From Nitrososphaeria archaeon (GTDB lineage Archaea; Thermoproteota; Nitrososphaeria; JACIWG01): DNA of 19,006 nt. Made by a program: the position numbers and the translations under genes. The stretch spans positions 1-19,006 of the forward strand of contig JBEKIG010000025.1 of the NCBI GenBank assembly GCA_050011875.1, read 5' to 3'. Below, piece after piece: positions 8,057 to 15,499 of this stretch. Under the pieces are notes generated by a model that had not been told where the DNA came from, made no database searches, and saw nothing but the letters and a program-made list of their open reading frames with translations. How positions within the stretch are numbered: position 1 is the stretch's first letter; every line of letters begins with the position of its first letter.

Positions 8057-8512
8057 GTGAAAGGTAGCAAGATCCTGTTATCTCTGTTGGCATTGGTCTC
8101 TTGTAGCTGCGCTGCTATGTTAGAACAGCAAGGGCAAGACTATGTATTCAGAGACAATCAAGAGTCGCATCTAGTTAAACGCTATGATGTGCATCCGTTT
8201 CTGCGTAATTTGACGCCAGGTCAATTGCGAAAATATTACGAAGTGGGCAATCGTATTAAGGCTATAAAACTAAGCAACGGCGATTATATAGCGCGTCCGA
8301 TAGGCGAACTTAATGGCGGCGGTCCTTGGCTGGCCGGTATCGTAGCAGCTGTAGGATATCCAGTAGTTGGCGTAACAGCACTTGCAGCAACAATAGCAAG
8401 CATTCCTGCAGCAGGTCCTGGTTGCTTTCTTGTAGGTTGGGGCGTAGCTGCCGCTGGTACCGTAGCGGTTACCAAAGGCGTTATCGCTGCTGCTGTAGTA
8501 CCAACTCCGTAA
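8057..8512 (+). CDS. Exported precursor: signal peptide, ~68-aa domain, diGly, Gly/Ala/Val-rich hydrophobic peptide
   Basis: RBS AAGGAG with GTG start; signal aa 1-20 (also lipobox-like LVSC); ELNGG at aa 84-88; last 63 aa contain one charged residue. Confidence 0.8.
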   Translation: MKGSKILLSLLALVSCSCAAMLEQQGQDYVFRDNQESHLVKRYDVHPFLRNLTPGQLRKYYEVGNRIKAIKLSNGDYIARPIGELNGGGPWLAGIVAAVGYPVVGVTALAATIASIPAAGPGCFLVGWGVAAAGTVAVTKGVIAAAVVPTP

Positions 8513-8519
8513 GGCAGAT

Positions 8520-8867
8520 ATGGATTTAAAATTAGTAAAAAATACACCTTATGTGATACTCCTATTGCTAATATCATTCCTGTTTAATGCAGTATTGCGT
8601 ATCCCTACACCATGGACAATGCCAGTAGTCTGGATTCTAGAATATTATAGTGTTTTCTGGATATACCAGAATTATGCCTATAGGGCTCATGAGCTATCAT
8701 GGCCAGATATATTTCGAAGAAAAGCAATCCTTGGATTGTTGCTCTTTCTAGGAGCAATCGTAGGCTATCGCCTTTACTATGGTACTGTCACTGCATTAGT
8801 GTGTGCTGCATATGCAGCGCTAGTTGTCTCAACTTTGGTTTTATTAGAACATTCGCTATATAACTAG
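8520..8867 (+). CDS. Small ~4-TM membrane protein (immunity-like partner)
   Basis: Four hydrophobic segments in 115 aa; starts 7 nt after the preceding stop. Confidence 0.75.
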   Translation: MDLKLVKNTPYVILLLLISFLFNAVLRIPTPWTMPVVWILEYYSVFWIYQNYAYRAHELSWPDIFRRKAILGLLLFLGAIVGYRLYYGTVTALVCAAYAALVVSTLVLLEHSLYN

Positions 8868-8892
8868 TCCAATATTTGTCTTTCCTGATAGC

Positions 8893-8921
8893 AGGCCCCC
8901 TATAAACGGGGGCTTTTCTTT
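8893..8921 (+). terminator. Intrinsic terminator closing the cassette
   Basis: AGGCCCCC-TATAAAC-GGGGGCTT followed by TTCTTT. Confidence 0.8.
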
Positions 8922-8925
8922 GCAT

Positions 8926-8995
8926 AAATAAACCCTCCATCGGGAGGGCAGTGTTACAAAGCACTCCGAAAGGAGGGTTCCAATATAAAGGATCT
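8926..8995 (-). ncRNA. Candidate ~70-nt sRNA with anti-Shine-Dalgarno motif
   Basis: Promoter at 9001-9029; terminator CCCTCC-CGAT-GGAGGG-TTTATTT; no ORF; contains CCCUCCUUU. Confidence 0.5.
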
Positions 8996-9000
8996 ATCTT

Positions 9001-9029
9001 TTTATAACATCTTTAGTCTAATTGTTCAA
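9001..9029 (-). promoter_or_regulatory. Sigma70 promoter with extended -10
   Basis: TTGAAC-17-TATAAA, with TGn directly before the -10. Confidence 0.6.
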
Positions 9030-9163
9030 TAAAGATTTGGCACCGGCACTTGCATATTACACATAGAATTCAGTGCAAATTTTCTCTTGATATTATGCCA
9101 TTTGCTTATATGTTTTATTACCTCCTCTAGAACATAGTCGCCCAATAGGAATTGTTCTCCTCT

Positions 9164-9208
9164 AAAGGCCTCCGGGATTCTAAAACACTGCTAATAAAAC
9201 CCGGAGGT
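9164..9208 (-). terminator. Hairpin after the 84-aa gene (possible weak terminator)
   Basis: CCTCCGGG...CCCGGAGG stem with a short U tract. Confidence 0.4.
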
Positions 9209-9226
9209 CATTTATAACCATGCCAA

Positions 9227-9481
9227 TTATAACTTGATTTGCGCATTGAGCATATGAATAGCTTTATTAAAGGTAAAAATATCGAAGATATGAGTCTGTT
9301 GATACTGTGCTGTACCGTTAATGTAATGATAGCGCACAACTTCATAGTGATCTTGTGGCTTATCAAGCTTATTAACTTCCAGGAATCCCTCTGTACTCTT
9401 TGATGCATTATCTATCGAATGATAGTCATCAATTACAATGGCTCCATCGGTTACATATTTGAATGTATATAATTTTTCCAT
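9227..9481 (-). CDS. Hypothetical protein
   Basis: RBS AAAGGA; 84 aa, in operon orientation. Confidence 0.7.
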   Translation of the reverse strand: MEKLYTFKYVTDGAIVIDDYHSIDNASKSTEGFLEVNKLDKPQDHYEVVRYHYINGTAQYQQTHIFDIFTFNKAIHMLNAQIKL

Positions 9482-9490
9482 GGCAATCCT

Positions 9491-9607
9491 TTAATACTCA
9501 GGCAAATCTGTTCTGAAGATAGCAGGCATACATTTTGGGCATAGATCACTTTTTTTTATATAAATATATTCATCACGATGCTTAGAACTACAACGTAGGT
9601 AAATCAT
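9491..9607 (-). CDS. 38-aa Zn-ribbon-like microprotein overlapping the terL 3' end (not in ORF track)
   Basis: MIYLRCSSKHRDEYIYIKKSDLCPKCMPAIFRTDLPEY; fills the gap between terL and the next RBS. Confidence 0.55.
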   Translation of the reverse strand: MIYLRCSSKHRDEYIYIKKSDLCPKCMPAIFRTDLPEY

Positions 9608-10961
9608 CTCTAAAAAATCCAGTTGTTACTCTATCCCCTAAAACGGCCTCACGGTAACGCTTATCTAGTTCTTCAGGGCTAGTACCTTCTCGTATCTTTG
9701 GCAAAGCAACACAGAGGTACCTCATTGCGTCGGCATAGTTTGATGCCCAATTGTGCAATGGATGATCTGAATAGAGTGGTTTTGCTGTATCAGACTTCTT
9801 AAGATCTTTACGGTAGTTCTCAAGCGCCTTAATCAGATCTGCACACTTAGTTTCATCAATCCACATCTTAGAGAATGTAGAGCGTACGCATTCTATACCA
9901 TCGATAATAGGAATGTTAGGGCATATGGTAAACTTCATGCCCAATTGCGATGCTTTATCAAAACGTGTTACGCCACCTGCTGCGAATTCTCTTACTTTCA
10001 AATCATGGGGTCCTATAAAGCGACCCATATTATAGCCTTTTTCATTGATTATTTTCGCATAATGCTCAAGGCCCTCATCACAATTCTCATAGCAATCTAT
10101 AACACGTATAATATTATTGCATATTTGAAAAAATATTAGTGCCGTTGTGTCCCTAATACCGAGATCAAAACTACAATGAACCTTGTATGCAGACTCATAG
10201 CCTACATGACCTATCTGCCCTTTTAATTTCATCTTATCAATATATTGCGTATAATATGCTCCCGAAACACCAAGATCGAAACTGCAATAATATTCCTGTT
10301 GAATAAGATCTTCTGAGATCAAGCCTTCATTCTTTTCTTTTAGAATAGCCTGTACAGGAATATGCCCTGTCTCTTCAACGGACATCTTGAGACAGTACCA
10401 TTCAGGATTGTTGAGTGCAACATTATAAAGATCGTAAAGGTGGTTCTTGCCACGGGGCGTTGTAATGAATAGCGCCCAGGCACCATTAGCTACCATGATA
10501 GGACGTAAAAAAGCATAGGCATTAGGGTCTTGGAGAGCATACTCAGAGAATATAACAGCTTGGAAGTTTGTACCAACAAGTGAATCGTAATTGTCTGATC
10601 CGCAGACCTTCAAGATAGAACCATTCTTGAAGCGTATCTTCATGTCTGAAGAGTTCTTTTGTTCAACTATCTCATCAGGGCAATACCAATCTAAGATACG
10701 ATGTTGCTGGTCATCTATGCAATCCCACAGCACTTTGCGACCTTGTGAATATGTTGGAAATACATAGAAGACAGTGCAAGTCTTACGCATGCATTGTCGA
10801 ACGGCAAGGTTGAAGGCTACGATGTCCTTACCTGCACGGCGAGGCAATATAGCCAATACCTTCCTAAATCCATCTTCCTCTATGGCCTTAGCTATCTTTG
10901 CTTGATACGGCCGTGGTTGAAACCTCTGTAGCTTTAGAATCAGTTCCGGTGTCAGTTTCAT
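9588..10961 (-). CDS. terL: Terminase large subunit
   Basis: Q motif PRPYQ, Walker A PRRAGKD, Walker B VIFSEYA, ITTPRGKNH, RNase H-like SFDLG...HD...ADAMRY. Confidence 0.95.
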   Translation of the reverse strand: MKLTPELILKLQRFQPRPYQAKIAKAIEEDGFRKVLAILPRRAGKDIVAFNLAVRQCMRKTCTVFYVFPTYSQGRKVLWDCIDDQQHRILDWYCPDEIVEQKNSSDMKIRFKNGSILKVCGSDNYDSLVGTNFQAVIFSEYALQDPNAYAFLRPIMVANGAWALFITTPRGKNHLYDLYNVALNNPEWYCLKMSVEETGHIPVQAILKEKNEGLISEDLIQQEYYCSFDLGVSGAYYTQYIDKMKLKGQIGHVGYESAYKVHCSFDLGIRDTTALIFFQICNNIIRVIDCYENCDEGLEHYAKIINEKGYNMGRFIGPHDLKVREFAAGGVTRFDKASQLGMKFTICPNIPIIDGIECVRSTFSKMWIDETKCADLIKALENYRKDLKKSDTAKPLYSDHPLHNWASNYADAMRYLCVALPKIREGTSPEELDKRYREAVLGDRVTTGFFRDDLPTL

Positions 10962-11065
10962 TTAACCAGTTCTCCAAATAATGCAATGTGGCATCTATCG
11001 CAGCCACAGCCTGTCCTACAGTTCTTGTATTTCTTCCTATATTTTCTCTTCATTCTCCTTTTCAT
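10958..11065 (-). CDS. 35-aa basic Cys4 microprotein between terS and terL (not in ORF track)
   Basis: MKRRMKRKYRKKYKNCRTGCGCDRCHIALFGELVK; its TGA overlaps the terL ATG (ATGA). Confidence 0.55.
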   Translation of the reverse strand: MKRRMKRKYRKKYKNCRTGCGCDRCHIALFGELVK

Positions 11066-11546
11066 TCTTATCGCCCCACTTCTGTTGTACTAATGCTTGT
11101 ACGCAATTGGTAAGATCTTCAATAGACGAACCTTGTTCTTCACGCTTCAATTTGGCTCTACGTTCTTCGGCCGCTGCATTCACAGAACAGTAATGCGATA
11201 TAGTTTTATCTACTGTACCGGCATCATATTCACGCTTTAAAGCACCTATTTCTCTTTTGTCGCCTATAGCTGTTAATGCATACCAATAAGCTTCTTTAAA
11301 ATCCGCATTGCTATGTACAGTTCGGTAGAACGTTTTTTCGGGTATTCCGTATTCGCGCATAAACTGTGTAATCTTCAATGAACTAGGCAAATCAGCCCAG
11401 GCGATAAGGTCTTGGCACATCTTCTCCAAGAACGCACCGCTCATCTCATTTTCTCTCCAAGAACAAAGGTTTTTAAACGTAGCATAGACCTTGTCTGCTT
11501 TTTCCTTGGCTGCTTTTGTTGTGCTACTCTTGATAGTTTGCGCCAT
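11037..11546 (-). CDS. terS: Probable terminase small subunit
   Basis: Directly upstream of terL; HTH-like QFMREYGIPEKTFYR, FKEAY..A, C-terminal coiled coil. Confidence 0.7.
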   Translation of the reverse strand: MAQTIKSSTTKAAKEKADKVYATFKNLCSWRENEMSGAFLEKMCQDLIAWADLPSSLKITQFMREYGIPEKTFYRTVHSNADFKEAYWYALTAIGDKREIGALKREYDAGTVDKTISHYCSVNAAAEERRAKLKREEQGSSIEDLTNCVQALVQQKWGDKNEKENEEKI

Positions 11547-11986
11547 TATTTTATTCTTTTCAATGTTTTGAAGTCTCCCTTATAGTGATCTTTTAATGTC
11601 CTCAATGTAAATTCTGTACGAGGTGGATCCCCATAAATCTTCTTTGTAATTATTGCCGTTATTTGAGCATCATCATTATAGAGTATCTTATTGGCACAAT
11701 CTAATACCATTTTTATAAGATTATCTATATCTGGCTTATAGAAGTCAGGAGTGCCAAGCAGTTTTTCTTTTTGTTTCTCACGAGTCTTGGCAAGAGGCAT
11801 ATAGAAAGTAGCATTAAGCAACAAAGGACCGTTATAAAGCGGCCGATCGCCATGTTGATTAGTAAGATTAATGCCAATTATTAGCTTATGGTTCTTTTGT
11901 GCATCATAAACTCTATTTACATAATGTCTTGGTCGTTGTAATGGTATTGGTGCTCCAGGTATTGTATAAACTACTACTTCTTCCAT
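11546..11986 (-). CDS. rusA: RusA Holliday junction resolvase
   Basis: IPGAPIPLQRPR; KPDIDNLIKMVLD; YNDDAQI; KIYG..PRTEF. Confidence 0.92.
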   Translation of the reverse strand: MEEVVVYTIPGAPIPLQRPRHYVNRVYDAQKNHKLIIGINLTNQHGDRPLYNGPLLLNATFYMPLAKTREKQKEKLLGTPDFYKPDIDNLIKMVLDCANKILYNDDAQITAIITKKIYGDPPRTEFTLRTLKDHYKGDFKTLKRIK

Positions 11987-11993
11987 GTATCAC

Positions 11994-12260
11994 TCATTTC
12001 GGCGTTGTCGCTATGAGATCACAAACTTTTTCAAGTATATTTTGGCTAGTCTCTTTTTCAATATTCTCGCCATCAATATAGTAAATATCATATTGTTCGT
12101 CTACTTGTTGGTCCCAAGGACAAGGCATGGCATCAAGATCGCCTGGTTCAGGCTCTATTGTCCATTCGCCTTGTTCTTGGGCAGACATAGTGGAGGTAGT
12201 CATAAACTCAGTATCGTTAGTTGTACATGCTAGAAAAAGCGCTAAAAGCAAAGAAATCAT
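11994..12260 (-). CDS. Acidic exported or lipoprotein-like protein
   Basis: MISLLLALFLAC N-terminus; ATGA overlap with the upstream gene. Confidence 0.65.
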   Translation of the reverse strand: MISLLLALFLACTTNDTEFMTTSTMSAQEQGEWTIEPEPGDLDAMPCPWDQQVDEQYDIYYIDGENIEKETSQNILEKVCDLIATTPK

Positions 12261-13033
12261 TTGCCGGCTCCCTTTAAAATAAACGGCCTCAGTAACACTG
12301 GCACGAATTGGGCAATTGCTTCATGCGCTTTTATTTTAGCATCTTCTGCGCAAGAAATCTGCTTTATAAATGGCAGATCTTTATGAACTTCAAGAGTATA
12401 TTCAATAAATTTATCTACTTGCGATATAATAGCGGCTAGATCTAATTTGTAATGTTCATCATGAGACATAAGTTCCTCAATCGTAAAAGCTGCACGTTTA
12501 GCGAAGCAATCGGACGTCAACACAACAGCAGTTCCTGGACATTGAATTCCGGCAGCTAAATAGCCTATAAGCTTAATAGATTCCGCTATATGGTCGAGAG
12601 TGCTTGTTGGACTAAACTGAAATTCATGAACTGATTTCTTCCAAGTACCAGTTACCGGCCGATAAGGATTTCCTTCATAGGGCTTCTTGGTTTGTTTTTT
12701 GGCATGATCTTCTATTTCTACATGGATGCGCTGTTCTTCTGGCAAATAGACATCAGTAGAAGCATCTATATTATACTGGTGCGCTAAACTAACGAGCTCA
12801 GGAAAATCTGGATCTACAAATCTTGTTTTACAATAATCATTGCATAAATAGATATAGAATCTCAGTGGATCTTTAATAGTAATCTTCTTTATTTTTTCGG
12901 CCGAAACATACTCGTCAAATGCCTCTTTATGACATTCTTCAGGATAAGGAGCTATCTTGATAGCGCCAGCCAAAGATAGTCCTAGATAATCGCCAGAATG
13001 TTGGCCATATTTCTCAAGAAACGGATACTTCAT
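12257..13033 (-). CDS. Hypothetical protein coupled to the replication initiator (start re-assigned to 13033)
   Basis: ATGA overlap with the upstream stop, GGAAGG upstream; 258 aa. Confidence 0.7.
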   Translation of the reverse strand: MKYPFLEKYGQHSGDYLGLSLAGAIKIAPYPEECHKEAFDEYVSAEKIKKITIKDPLRFYIYLCNDYCKTRFVDPDFPELVSLAHQYNIDASTDVYLPEEQRIHVEIEDHAKKQTKKPYEGNPYRPVTGTWKKSVHEFQFSPTSTLDHIAESIKLIGYLAAGIQCPGTAVVLTSDCFAKRAAFTIEELMSHDEHYKLDLAAIISQVDKFIEYTLEVHKDLPFIKQISCAEDAKIKAHEAIAQFVPVLLRPFILKGAGK

Positions 13034-13893
13034 GTCGGATAACCTTCCTGTCTTAATGCTATGCAATCTTTGAAATGCAGCCTATCTTTGTAGCTCTGCA
13101 ATTGTCTTTCAATAATCTCAGCCTTCTTGTCTGGTGCAAGTGCTAATTTCCCAATTGACTCTATAAGTCGTGATAACCTTTGGTCGCAGAACTCTTTAAA
13201 CTCTCGCGCTGTTTGCTCATTGACATAGCGACTTGTAGTCCGTGTCTTCATTTGCGCCAAGAATTGCACAGCACTTTCAATAGAATCCTGGCTAAGCCCT
13301 TCCTGTTTAAGGATTCTTTCCGGGTCCGGGTGCTCTTTAATGCTTGCTCTATTTTGTGCCGTGCCTTCCGGGTGCCATACAGGGGTTGAAACTAGGCCAT
13401 ATTTCTTCGTTGTTTCTCTATAAAGACTAAGAGCACTTGCATTAATAATAACCTCTTTTTTATATTGTGCGCCAGTATCTGGCATTGATTGTCTAGATGC
13501 CGAATTACATAGTGCTACTATGGGTATCAAAAACGATAAACAAAGCAGGCCTCTAAGTGCTGGTAATATAGCCGCAAGTTCATCTATGATCTCCGGGCGG
13601 CGCAGCTCTGGATTGAGTCCATATATATTACTATTGTTAATGCGGCGCTTTCTTGAAATAAGACCGAGCTCTCTTGCTTTCTTAATTGCCCTGCATACCG
13701 TTCTTGTACCAATACCTAATCTCTTGGCTATAGTAGCCTCAGATTCGTAGTAATTATTGTTATAATACAAACACTGATTAACCACCAAGTTGATGGTTTC
13801 TAATATTCTACCTGTCTTAAGTTGTTTGATCTCATTGAGATCTTTTAGGTTTTTTTGATTTGGGACTTGATTTTTTTGTTGTTTGTTGTACAT
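13030..13893 (-). CDS. Winged-HTH protein, putative phage replication initiator
   Basis: YESEATIAKRLGIGTRTVCRAIKKARELGLISRKRR...SNIY (HTH_36-like); first gene of the leftward operon. Confidence 0.72.
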   Translation of the reverse strand: MYNKQQKNQVPNQKNLKDLNEIKQLKTGRILETINLVVNQCLYYNNNYYESEATIAKRLGIGTRTVCRAIKKARELGLISRKRRINNSNIYGLNPELRRPEIIDELAAILPALRGLLCLSFLIPIVALCNSASRQSMPDTGAQYKKEVIINASALSLYRETTKKYGLVSTPVWHPEGTAQNRASIKEHPDPERILKQEGLSQDSIESAVQFLAQMKTRTTSRYVNEQTAREFKEFCDQRLSRLIESIGKLALAPDKKAEIIERQLQSYKDRLHFKDCIALRQEGYPT

Positions 13894-14001
13894 TTTAGTT
13901 ACTTATTTTTAATGTTTCTACGTAAACACTTTGGTCGGTAGCGTACGTGAGACATCGGTAAAAGGGGTTATTTCAATAACAGTTAAATTTAAATTGATAC
14001 C

Positions 14002-14030
14002 AATTTATCTTAACTGCGTGATGTAAGCAA
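14002..14030 (-). promoter_or_regulatory. Possible leftward sigma70 promoter
   Basis: TTGCTT-17-TAAATT. Confidence 0.45.
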
Positions 14031-14031
14031 C

Positions 14032-14073
14032 AAAATTAAAGCCGGAGATTAAAAAACTTCGGCTTTTGGTTTT
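14032..14073. terminator. Bidirectional terminator-like hairpin
   Basis: AAAGCCGGAG...CTTCGGCTTT with T tracts on both strands. Confidence 0.65.
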
Positions 14074-14095
14074 GTAAAAAGCTTGAAATCTATGC

Positions 14096-14246
14096 ACAGG
14101 TAAGGCGAAGTGGATGCGCATCCGGCTATAATTATTCTTAAGAAATATTTATAAAGGGGCCGGATGTTATGGATATATACGACAGATCTTAAGCTCTCTC
14201 CGTATATTAAAGTAACGTGCTGGTTCGATTCCAGCTACCTGTACCA
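14096..14246 (+). ncRNA. 151-nt tRNA-Leu-like RNA with elongated anticodon and variable arms
   Basis: Acceptor stem ACAGGTA/TACCTGT, discriminator A, CCA; D arm GCG-AAGTGGATG-CGC; T arm GCTGG-TTCGATT-CCAGC; anticodon-type loop CT-TAA-GA. Confidence 0.8.
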
Positions 14247-14306
14247 TCATCTTTAACGTGTTCGCGCAAGAGATTCTGTTAAAAATCATCATAATTCTCG
14301 ATCCTC

Positions 14307-14335
14307 TTGCAATTCATGAAAAAAAGTTCTATAAT
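14307..14335 (+). promoter_or_regulatory. Strong sigma70 promoter of the early operon
   Basis: TTGCAA-17-TATAAT. Confidence 0.75.
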
Positions 14336-14377
14336 TATAGTAGTTGTGTAATAGAAAGTCTCTACTATAGGAGTTAC

Positions 14378-14713
14378 ATGCGTAATATAAATGAAGTGCT
14401 TCATGAACTAGAAAATATTATCAATAGCAATCTTGATGTGGTTCACAGACTCACCGACTATGCCAATACTTATGCCAAAGACAATCAAACAGAGCAGGCC
14501 GCTCTCGCAAGGGCAGTAGCAAGCATCTGGGATTACTTAAAACCCGTACATCGCATGATACGCGAACAAAATCCAGCTCAGACGAAACTTTATGACAAGA
14601 TTGATGAGTATATCGTCCAACAAGATAAACATCCCGTAGAGGCTAAGTCCGTTGAAGATATATCTATATTGGAACCAGTAGCACCTAAAACAATAAAGAA
14701 GGGGAAGAAATGA
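14378..14713 (+). CDS. Hypothetical helical protein, 111 aa (start re-assigned to 14378)
   Basis: AGGAG before the ATG, downstream of the promoter. Confidence 0.75.
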   Translation: MRNINEVLHELENIINSNLDVVHRLTDYANTYAKDNQTEQAALARAVASIWDYLKPVHRMIREQNPAQTKLYDKIDEYIVQQDKHPVEAKSVEDISILEPVAPKTIKKGKK

Positions 14714-14895
14714 ATGTAATTGCGTGGCTGGCTCTTGCCAATATCATAATGACCGGCTTATTGATGTCTATAGCTTATATGCTTCGCCAAGATATTATTG
14801 CATTCGATGAACAGAATATTAATCAGTATAAACGCATGAAAGAAATCATTACCGATCTGTTAAAGCTAAAAGAGATAAAGAAAAAGAATGAATAA
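14710..14895 (+). CDS. Small single-TM protein
   Basis: N-terminal hydrophobic helix; overlaps both neighbouring genes. Confidence 0.7.
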   Translation: MNVIAWLALANIIMTGLLMSIAYMLRQDIIAFDEQNINQYKRMKEIITDLLKLKEIKKKNE

Positions 14896-15490
14896 TCAAT
14901 TTTTTGTATATAGATCTGATGAAATAGATAAAATAACACAGGCAATGATAGAATTCCAAAAAAGTATGAATTATATTATCAAGAATGCCAAAGGACAATT
15001 CGACTATGCTTCTCTTGATGCCATACTATATCATGTGATACCCAAAATAGCTGCTTGTAATATCCAATTGGAGCAATCTGATATGTGTTACGGAGAAGAT
15101 GTATATTTACGTACAGCTATTACTCATGCAAGCGGTCAGTTCAAAGCTTCATACAATTATCTTTATCCCAAATCGTTTATGACTACCCTTCCTAAATCTT
15201 CTAAGGATGCTGGCACCATTCAGCAAACATTGGGGGCTATAAAGTCCTATCAATGTCGTTATGCATTGAAGAATTTCCTTTGTGTACCAATCATGGACCC
15301 TGATTTTGATGATGCAAATTGCATCACTGAAGATCAAGCCAATGCTTTATATGAGATGGCCAACGGCAATCAAACAATTCTTGATACATTTATGCAGCAA
15401 TTAGGAATCGAATCAAGCATGGGTATAAAAACAGAAGATTATGATGCTGCTGTAGAAATAATGAAAATTCTTTGCAATAAAGGAAAATAA
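14888..15490 (+). CDS. erf: ERF-family single-strand annealing protein (copy 1)
   Basis: YASLDAIL, THASGQF, LGAIKSYQCRYAL, DPDFDDA. Confidence 0.8.
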   Translation: MNNQFFVYRSDEIDKITQAMIEFQKSMNYIIKNAKGQFDYASLDAILYHVIPKIAACNIQLEQSDMCYGEDVYLRTAITHASGQFKASYNYLYPKSFMTTLPKSSKDAGTIQQTLGAIKSYQCRYALKNFLCVPIMDPDFDDANCITEDQANALYEMANGNQTILDTFMQQLGIESSMGIKTEDYDAAVEIMKILCNKGK

Positions 15491-15499
15491 AGGAGCAAT

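Noticed and set aside
6791-9211. Stop-codon recoding suggested by two short ORFs with early stops (TAA at 6806 +; TAG near 9191-9193 -)
   Set aside because: All long genes are intact in code 11 and end at TAA, TAG or TGA with tight packing; the tRNA-like loop reads UAA (Leu), not a suppressor anticodon
14096-14246. Ordinary tRNA, tmRNA, intron-containing tRNA or simple attP
   Set aside because: Too long for a tRNA; lacks G3-U70 and a tag ORF and is too short for tmRNA; inserts are far too short for group I/II introns; both tRNA halves are present and no integrase is nearby
14258-14377. N-terminal extension of the 151-aa ORF
   Set aside because: It spans the promoter; the RBS supports the ATG at 14378
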